DNA of 64,000 bases from an uncultured Lacihabitans sp. (GTDB lineage Bacteria; Bacteroidota; Bacteroidia; Cytophagales; Spirosomataceae). This document shows positions 57,543 through 64,000 of the stretch, piece after piece. The stretch covers positions 21,198 to 85,197 of the forward strand of contig CAYRGN010000012.1 of the NCBI GenBank assembly GCA_964423865.1. The letters are read 5' to 3'. The translations under genes and the position numbers were made by a program. Numbering within the stretch: position 1 is the stretch's first letter; every line of letters starts with the position of its first letter. Below the pieces are notes generated by a model, which saw only the letters and a list, made by a program, of their open reading frames with translations, made no database searches and was not told where the DNA came from.

Positions 57543-59900
57543 TTATGCGCCGTAAGGAATCCAGATGTTTTTTACTTCACACGCCTTTTTCAGGAATTCT
57601 TTTTCCAGGGGATTGCCCAGCCAGTCGTAGTGCTTTCCGTAGCTTACCCAGGAACGTTTCATGGAATCGGTGGATAACGATTCCACGTTTTTACTGCCCT
57701 CTGCCGAACCGAAATACCAGATGCCTTCCACGTCGTAGTGCCGGGCCAGTTCGCTGCTCAACACTTCCCGCGGCCCTGTAATGATATTGACGGTTCCTCC
57801 GGGTACATCGGAAGTATCCAGCACCTGGTAAAAGTCGGTAGCGGAAAGCGGGGCAGTTTCCGAGGGGATCACGACCACATTGTTCCCCATGGCAATGGCG
57901 GGAAGTACCGCGCCAATAAAACTCAGGAGAGGGAATTCTTCCGGACAAACAATGCCCATTACGCCCAAAGGTTCATTCATGGCCAGGGTAATATTCCGGG
58001 AAACCGTAGAATGCACCTGCCCGTCGTATTTATCAGCATAGGCCGCATAAGTGAATATCCGTTCTACAGACTGGCTTACTTCGAGCGCTGCATCTTTGGA
58101 ATTATATCCGCAGGCTTCCATGAGCCTTTCCTCAAACTCTTTCCTTCGGGCAGACAGGTTTTCCGCCATATAGTAGAGTACCTGTGCGCGGGCGTGGCCG
58201 GTGTTTTCGGCCCATTTTGCATTGGCGCGGGCGGCTTCCACGGCATTGCGGATATCTTTCCGGGAACCTTCTCCTACTTCTCCAACCACCACTCCAGCCG
58301 GGTTTTTCACCAGGAGGCTATACCCGTTGTCGGGCCGGGCCTGTTTGCCGCCAATATACATTTTGGGCGTACGGTCCAGCTCCGGTTTTGGCGATTTTCC
58401 TCCTCCCGATACTTTGAAGCCGAAACTCTTTTCTCCGAAGGCCTTGTCGTTGCGGGGTTTCACATATTCCATGAGTCCTTCGCGTCCGCCTTCCCGCCCG
58501 AAGCCGGACTCGCGGTAACCTCCGAAGCCGGACGAAGCATCAAACACATTGGTGGTATTGATCCAGACGGTACCCGCTTTTATTTTCGGGGCTACATCCA
58601 GGGCCAGGTTGATGTTCTCGGTCCAAAGGCTGGCGGCCAGTCCGTACCGGGTATGATTGGCCAGTTTAACGGCTTCCTGGTGGCTGCGGAAGGTCATGGC
58701 TACCAATACGGGGCCAAAGATCTCTTCCCGCGCAATCAGGGAGGCGGGCGATACATTCAGAAACAGGGTAGGGGGGAAGAAGCACCCGGAAGGTACTTGT
58801 TCCAGCTGCCAGATTTCATTGCCTTCGTTTTTGCCCTTCTCCACAAAAGAGATAATGGTGTTCAGTTGTTCCGGACTGACGATAGCCCCCATGTCTATGC
58901 CTTTGTCGAGGGAGTTCCCCACTACCAGTTTTTGGAGCCGTACTTTTAATTTGTCGTAGAATTTTTCAGCGATACTCTCCTGCACCAGTAAGCGCGAACC
59001 GGCGCAGCAAACTTGTCCCTGGTTAAACCAGATGGCGTCTACCACACCCTCTACTGCCGAATCGAGGTCGGCATCTTCGAAGACGATGAAGGGAGATTTT
59101 CCGCCCAGTTCGAGGGAGAGTTTTTTGCCCGATCCCGCGGTGCTTTTCCGGATAATTTTGCCTACTTCCGTAGAGCCGGTAAAAGCTATTTTCTGTATTC
59201 CGGGATGGTTAACGAGGGCTTCTCCTACGCTTCCGTGTCCGGTGACGATATTGACTACTCCTTTGGGCAGGCCGATGCTCCGGCAGATTTCCCCGAACAG
59301 GAGGGCCGTCAGGGAAGTTTGCTCGGCGGGCTTCAATACCAGGGTGTTTCCCATGGCCAGGGCGGGCGCTATTTTCCAGGAAAGCATCAGGAGGGGGAAA
59401 TTCCAGGGAATGATTTGTCCGACCACTCCGATTTCCCTGTACTCTTTTAATTCGGTATCCATCAGCTGGGCCCAGCCGGCGTGATGGTAGAAATGGCGGG
59501 CCACCAGGGGGATGTCGATATCCCGGGTTTCCCGAATGGCTTTTCCGTTATCGAGCGATTCGAGTACGGCAAAGAGGCGGGCATGTTTCTGTACCTGCCG
59601 CGCCAGGGCGTAAAGGTATTTGGCCCTTTCGTGGCCGCCGGCTTCGGCCCAGTCGGGCAAGGCCTTTTGTGCCGCCTTTACGGCCGCGTCTACGTCTTCC
59701 GGCGTAGCCTCGGTGATTTGAGCCAGTACTTTTCCGGTGGCGGGACTATAGGAGGGAAAGGTATTTTCCGCAGCTGTCCATTTACCGTTGATATACAAAC
59801 CGAAGGCTCCCTGAAACGTGTCCAGAAACTCCATGGCATGTTTGTCGCTTTCAGGTGCCGGACCGTATTCCATAGTGTCAAATATTTCTTTAACAGTCAT
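57543..59900 (-). CDS. Aldehyde dehydrogenase, ALDH16-type (full ALDH + truncated second ALDH unit)
   Basis: 785 aa; first unit has FTGS, ELGGKS, GQVCCAG, EEIFGP; second unit from 'PKMYIGG' lacks the catalytic domain. Confidence 0.85.
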   Translation of the reverse strand: MTVKEIFDTMEYGPAPESDKHAMEFLDTFQGAFGLYINGKWTAAENTFPSYSPATGKVLAQITEATPEDVDAAVKAAQKALPDWAEAGGHERAKYLYALARQVQKHARLFAVLESLDNGKAIRETRDIDIPLVARHFYHHAGWAQLMDTELKEYREIGVVGQIIPWNFPLLMLSWKIAPALAMGNTLVLKPAEQTSLTALLFGEICRSIGLPKGVVNIVTGHGSVGEALVNHPGIQKIAFTGSTEVGKIIRKSTAGSGKKLSLELGGKSPFIVFEDADLDSAVEGVVDAIWFNQGQVCCAGSRLLVQESIAEKFYDKLKVRLQKLVVGNSLDKGIDMGAIVSPEQLNTIISFVEKGKNEGNEIWQLEQVPSGCFFPPTLFLNVSPASLIAREEIFGPVLVAMTFRSHQEAVKLANHTRYGLAASLWTENINLALDVAPKIKAGTVWINTTNVFDASSGFGGYRESGFGREGGREGLMEYVKPRNDKAFGEKSFGFKVSGGGKSPKPELDRTPKMYIGGKQARPDNGYSLLVKNPAGVVVGEVGEGSRKDIRNAVEAARANAKWAENTGHARAQVLYYMAENLSARRKEFEERLMEACGYNSKDAALEVSQSVERIFTYAAYADKYDGQVHSTVSRNITLAMNEPLGVMGIVCPEEFPLLSFIGAVLPAIAMGNNVVVIPSETAPLSATDFYQVLDTSDVPGGTVNIITGPREVLSSELARHYDVEGIWYFGSAEGSKNVESLSTDSMKRSWVSYGKHYDWLGNPLEKEFLKKACEVKNIWIPYGA

Positions 59901-59918
59901 TTTATGATAGATTAGAAG

Positions 59919-60872
59919 TTAGGCCATAGGGTGGCGGTGGGCGGCCGAATAGCTGCCGGTGACGTAATGTTCCAGCTGGCGTTCGATGTCGCCCAACAGG
60001 CTGCTCGCCCCGAAGCGGAACAGGCGATTGTTCAGCCATTCGTTCCCCAGCTCTTCTTTGATCAGAATCAGGAAATCAAGGGCCTGTTTGGCCTTTTGAA
60101 TACCGCCCGCGGGCTTATACCCTATGCGGATACCGGTAAGGTCGTAATACGCGCGGATGGCCCGTACCATCACCAGGCTCACGGGCAGCGTGGCGTTGAC
60201 CGCTTCCTTGCCGGTGCTGGTCTTAATGAAATCGGAGCCGGCCATCATGCTCACCCAGGAAGCTTTGGCCACTTTGGTAAGGATGGGGATCTCTCCTGTA
60301 GCCAGAATGGTCTTCATGTGGGCTTCTCCGCAGGCTTCGCGACAAAGTTTTACTTCGTGATACAGTTCTCCCCATTGGTTATTGATCACCAGCTCCCGGC
60401 TGATCACAATATCAATTTCCGTAGCGCCGGCTTCTACTGACCGCCGGATTTCGTCGAGTTTCTGTTCCAGGGAAATTTTGCCGGCAGGGAAGCCGGTGGA
60501 TACCGCGGCTATGGGCAGTCCGCTGTTGCCCAACGCTTTTCTGGCGTCGGCAATCATGTTGTGGTAAACGCAAACGGCCCCTACGGTGAGGGCAGGAAAC
60601 CCGAGGGCCTCCAGGAGGTCAGTGCGTACGGGATTCAGCGCTTTGGCACAGAGGCGCTGCACGTTTCCCGCGGTGTCGTCTCCGGCCAGGGTGGTCAGGT
60701 CAATACAGGAGACCGCGCGAAGCAACCAGGCGGCCTGATGTTCTTTTTTAACGGTGCGACGGCCCGGGAGTGTGGCCGCTCTGCGTTCTACGGCAGAACG
60801 GTTAATGTTCAGATGATCAAAATATTCCGGTCGGTAAGGAAGTCCTCCGTTCCGGCTTTCACTTGCGTTCAT
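59919..60872 (-). CDS. deoC: Deoxyribose-phosphate aldolase (long, eukaryote-like type)
   Basis: 'IDLTTL', 'EIDIVI', 'KTILATG', 'DFIKTSTGK', 'KPAGG', 'RFGAS'. Confidence 0.95.
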   Translation of the reverse strand: MNASESRNGGLPYRPEYFDHLNINRSAVERRAATLPGRRTVKKEHQAAWLLRAVSCIDLTTLAGDDTAGNVQRLCAKALNPVRTDLLEALGFPALTVGAVCVYHNMIADARKALGNSGLPIAAVSTGFPAGKISLEQKLDEIRRSVEAGATEIDIVISRELVINNQWGELYHEVKLCREACGEAHMKTILATGEIPILTKVAKASWVSMMAGSDFIKTSTGKEAVNATLPVSLVMVRAIRAYYDLTGIRIGYKPAGGIQKAKQALDFLILIKEELGNEWLNNRLFRFGASSLLGDIERQLEHYVTGSYSAAHRHPMA

Positions 60873-61091
60873 AAGCGGAAACTATTGAAATAAACGGTAA
60901 GAAAGATAATTCTTTCGGAATCCACAAAAAAACGGACCAAAATTAGTTTTCCTAATGGGTGAAAGAACCCGTGTATAAAGGAAACATGACGTTCCATACA
61001 GCGTAAATGACCGGATAATAAAAATATACAGACGTACTTGTTTGTTCACGGAAATCTTGTTTTTTTTGCAGAAAATAAAATAATATTTCTT

Positions 61092-61616
61092 ATGAAAAAG
61101 ATTATCTCATCACTGCTTTTTTCGGTTTTGGTTTTATGCGGACTAAGTGTTTCCGCACAGTTTGAGAAGGGTGATAAATTATTGAATGCAGGTATTAACC
61201 TGGGAGGTACTTACGGCGGTGGCGTAGGTGTCGGCGGTTCTTTTGAGGTTGGAGTACATGACTTCATCAGCGTAGGTGGCCAGGCTGACTTTGTGAACTG
61301 GAATAATAGCTGGGGTGGCTATGGGTGGAAATATAACTTCTTCACTATTGCGGCAAGAGGTTCCTACCACTTCGGTAAGCATTTTCTGACTATAGATAAC
61401 CTGGATTTGTACGGGGGACCGTCTTTGGGTTACATAGTAGCTAACTACAAGGATCCCAGTGGCTGGTCAGGAACGTATATAGACAACTACGGTAGCGGAG
61501 TCTTTTTTGGTATTTTTGCCGGAGCAAGGTATTACTTCAAGCCTACCATGGGTGTATTTGCGGAAGTGGGCCACAATGCTTCTCCGTTAAAAGCCGGGAT
61601 TACCTTTAAATTGTAA
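61092..61616 (+). CDS. Small outer-membrane beta-barrel protein
   Basis: Signal peptide; alternating Gly/aromatic strands; terminal 'AGITFKL'. Confidence 0.8.
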   Translation: MKKIISSLLFSVLVLCGLSVSAQFEKGDKLLNAGINLGGTYGGGVGVGGSFEVGVHDFISVGGQADFVNWNNSWGGYGWKYNFFTIAARGSYHFGKHFLTIDNLDLYGGPSLGYIVANYKDPSGWSGTYIDNYGSGVFFGIFAGARYYFKPTMGVFAEVGHNASPLKAGITFKL

Positions 61617-61637
61617 ACTGTAGTTTTCTTCACAGGA

Positions 61638-61757
61638 TCTGTGTCGATCTGCGATATCTGTGAGAGGAAGAAACATTTTCAGCTCACAGATACCGCAGAT
61701 TTACATGGGTTTTTTTGTACGGGAGAGATGTCATTTCAGCACACAGATACCACAGAT
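61638..61757. repeat. REP-like ATCTGTG/CACAGAT repeats (inverted pair plus third copy)
   Basis: ATCTGCGATATCTGTGAG (61647-64) vs CTCACAGATACCGCAGAT (61683-700); third copy 61742-57. Confidence 0.75.
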
Positions 61758-62920
61758 TTTATAAGGGCGAGGTAGCTTTTCCCCGCCGTAGCGTAGTCCA
61801 CCTCCAGGTAGTCGGCCACCGTAGCGGCAATGTCCGCGAAACTTTCTCTTATTCCGGTATTCGCTCCTTTCCTGATTTTCTGTCCTATATGCAATAAGGG
61901 AATATATTCCCGGGTATGATCTGTGCCGGGGGCTGTAGGGTCGTTGCCGTGGTCGGCGGTAATGATCAGCAGGTCTTCTTCCTTCAGATTTTCCAGGATT
62001 TCGGGTAGGTAGGAGTCGAACTCTTCCAACGCTTTGGCATAACCGATTACATCCCGGCGGTGTCCGTACTCCATATCAAAATCTACCAGGTTGGTGAAGA
62101 TCAGGGCTTCGGGGGCCGACTTAATCGCTTCGATGGTGTCCAGTATGCCCTCCTTGTTGTTCTTGGTTTTTTTGTAGCGGGTGATCCCTTTTTCGGCGAA
62201 GATATCGATGATCTTACCGATGGAATATACACCCTTTCCGCTATTGGAAACCGCGTCAAGTACAGTTTCTGGGGGGATGGTAGCGTAATCCTTTCGGTTT
62301 TTTGTACGGTAATATTCCCCGGAAGATCCGAGGAAGGGCCGTGCGATGACCCGTCCCACTTCCAGGTTACCGGTGAGCATTTCCCGGGCAATGCGGCATA
62401 TTTCGTATTGTTTTTCCAAAGGAATTATCTCTTCGTGCATGGCCACCTGGAATACGCTGTCGGCGGAAGTATATACAATGGGATACCCGGTACGGACGTG
62501 TTCGTCGCCGAGTTCATGGATGATGGCTGTACCGGAAGCCGACACATTCCCGATGGTTTTGGTGCCAATGGCATTTTCAAAAGCAGAGAGGAACTCCCTA
62601 GGAAATCCGGTTTCGGTATAAGTGGGGAAGGGTTTGTCGAGTATCACACCGGATATCTCCCAATGGCCTGTAGTGGTATCTTTCCCGGCCGAACGTTCGG
62701 CAGCCTTCCCGATCGCCGCCTGAGGGGAATCGGTTTTCTCCAGCGCGTTTTCCGGTACAATATTTCCTAAGCCCAATGCCGTGAGGTGGGGCAAGTACAG
62801 ATCAGGATAGTTTAAGGCAATGTTTTCCAGGGTGTTGGCGCCGGTATCCCCGTAAAGGTGCGCATCCGGTAATTCGCCGATTCCCACCGAATCAAGAACA
62901 ATTAAAATTACGCGTTTCAT
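61736..62920 (-). CDS. deoB: Phosphopentomutase
   Basis: 'LIVLDSVGIG', 'GKDTTTGHWE', 'YTSADSV', 'NLVDFD', 'TADHGNDP', 'DHTREY'. Confidence 0.95.
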   Translation of the reverse strand: MKRVILIVLDSVGIGELPDAHLYGDTGANTLENIALNYPDLYLPHLTALGLGNIVPENALEKTDSPQAAIGKAAERSAGKDTTTGHWEISGVILDKPFPTYTETGFPREFLSAFENAIGTKTIGNVSASGTAIIHELGDEHVRTGYPIVYTSADSVFQVAMHEEIIPLEKQYEICRIAREMLTGNLEVGRVIARPFLGSSGEYYRTKNRKDYATIPPETVLDAVSNSGKGVYSIGKIIDIFAEKGITRYKKTKNNKEGILDTIEAIKSAPEALIFTNLVDFDMEYGHRRDVIGYAKALEEFDSYLPEILENLKEEDLLIITADHGNDPTAPGTDHTREYIPLLHIGQKIRKGANTGIRESFADIAATVADYLEVDYATAGKSYLALIKSVVSVC

Positions 62921-62932
62921 ATTTTATATAGT

Positions 62933-62988
62933 TTAGCTGTGAGCCATGAGCTATGAGCTGTGAGCTGTGAGCCATGAGCAATGAGCTT
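62933..62988. repeat. Heptamer tract (TGAGCYR-type) about x8
   Basis: Read directly from the sequence. Confidence 0.9.
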
Positions 62989-63143
62989 TTTGTGGTCGAA
63001 AGGTTTGGTGTAACCTTTTCTAAAAGAGGTTCACTGCCCGGCTCAAAGCTGATTCCTGTTTTCACGGATGTTAAATTACAACATTCTTTTACACGGGCCT
63101 AAAAATAATGGCTTACTTTTGTACACAAATTTATTGCTATATA

Positions 63144-63179
63144 ACAGCTGAAAGCTCATGGCTCAAAGCTCACAGCTCA
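63144..63179. repeat. Heptamer tract (AGCTCA-type) x5
   Basis: Read directly from the sequence. Confidence 0.85.
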
Positions 63180-63191
63180 AAATTATACCCA

Positions 63192-63530
63192 ATGAAATAC
63201 CTACTTTATTTTTTTATCGTCATCTACGTGCTGTCCGCGGCCGTACAATACAATGATCCCGATCCTTTGGTCTGGATACTTTCTTATCTTATTCCGGCGG
63301 CGTTGTGCTATTACCGTTCCTTAGGAAAAGGCGATCGCCTTTTGTATTTCAGTATCGGTTTTGTGTATCTTCTATGGGCGGTGAACCAGTTTCCACCCCA
63401 GTGGGAAGGACTGATGATCGAACATCTGAGCATGAAGACGATGAACGTGGAGTTGGCGCGGGAGTCGCTGGGTTTAGGCCTTTGTACTTTGGGGATGTGG
63501 GTGTGTGGTTCTCGACTACGCTCGAACTGA
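63192..63530 (+). CDS. TMEM220-like membrane protein
   Basis: 'AVQYNDPDPLVW', 'ELARESLGL'. Confidence 0.78.
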   Translation: MKYLLYFFIVIYVLSAAVQYNDPDPLVWILSYLIPAALCYYRSLGKGDRLLYFSIGFVYLLWAVNQFPPQWEGLMIEHLSMKTMNVELARESLGLGLCTLGMWVCGSRLRSN

Positions 63531-63620
63531 CATCTCAACTACGCTCGAACTGACATCTCGACTACGCTCGAACTGATTGACAATGGCCGTTGCTACTTGT
63601 CACATCGAGCGTAGTCGAGA
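63510..63620. repeat. REP-like 23-mer: three tandem copies plus one inverted copy
   Basis: TCTCGACTACGCTCGAACTGACA at 63510, 63533, 63556; inverted copy at 63598-63620. Confidence 0.92.
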
Positions 63621-63636
63621 TGTATATAATTCAAAA

Positions 63637-64000
63637 TTACCGTGACAAATACAAATTCCTCTCCCCGTATACCTTCAGGAAGAAATCATCGGTCAGATCA
63701 TCGATAAAATAGATGCCTTCTCCGGTTGATTTCATTTCAGGCCCCAGCTGCTTGTTGACATTCGGGAATTTATTGAAGGAGAATACCGGGATCTTGATGG
63801 CGTAACCGTGCTTCACGGGCTTGAAGATAAAGTCAGTTACTTTGTTGACGCCCAGCATCACTTTGGTAGCGTAATTTACGTACGGTTCCTGGTAAGCCTT
63901 ACAGATAAACGGTACGGTCCGGGAAGCCCGCGGGTTGGCTTCAATGACATAGACGATCTCGTCTTTGATGGCAAACTGGATGTTGATCAGTCCCTGGGTA
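63637..64000 (-). CDS. carB: Carbamoyl-phosphate synthase large subunit, C-terminal part (5' end outside window)
   Basis: 'NIQFAIK..VIEANPRASRTVPF', 'VFSFNKFP..LGPEMKSTGE'. Confidence 0.92.
   Translation of the reverse strand, partial: TQGLINIQFAIKDEIVYVIEANPRASRTVPFICKAYQEPYVNYATKVMLGVNKVTDFIFKPVKHGYAIKIPVFSFNKFPNVNKQLGPEMKSTGEGIYFIDDLTDDFFLKVYGERNLYLSR

Noticed and set aside
63510-63578. Possible mini-CRISPR (23-bp repeats)
   Set aside because: The repeats abut with no spacers
63637-64000. CarB ending without an MGS-like domain
   Set aside because: Usual architecture in Bacteroidota, not a truncation

Overview
Bacteroidota chromosomal segment, probably Cytophagales. The assignment rests on TAnnTTTG -7 promoters, SusC/SusD, PorX and a CarB without an MGS domain. 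A housekeeping backbone (ftsX, ftsE, kdsB, porX, fsa/tal, ffs SRP RNA, uvrC, acnB, topA, rplY, prs, recA, ugd, uxs, carB) is interleaved with accessory units: (i) a 6-gene Ric/DUF2249/DUF59/Rrf2 cluster followed by a hemerythrin gene (14.0-19.5 kb), probably for Fe-S repair or nitrosative stress; (ii) several toxin-antitoxin-like two-gene modules, one inactivated by an internal deletion; (iii) a rhodanese/thioredoxin/YeeE/Crp sulfur cluster; (iv) a GH43-SusC-SusD PUL with an M61 peptidase; (v) a deoxyribonucleoside catabolism locus with a eukaryote-type DERA and an ALDH16-type dehydrogenase. Many intergenic gaps hold repeats from several families (heptamer tracts, several REP/BIME-like families, a 160-bp composite element in two copies, a 104-bp MITE-like element). 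The heptamer tracts follow a positional rule: six CTCA-strand tracts end 11-13 nt before an ATG, and three TGAG-strand tracts start 0-5 nt after a stop codon. No rRNA, tRNA, CRISPR array or intact transposase was seen. Family names come from motif recognition, not database searches.
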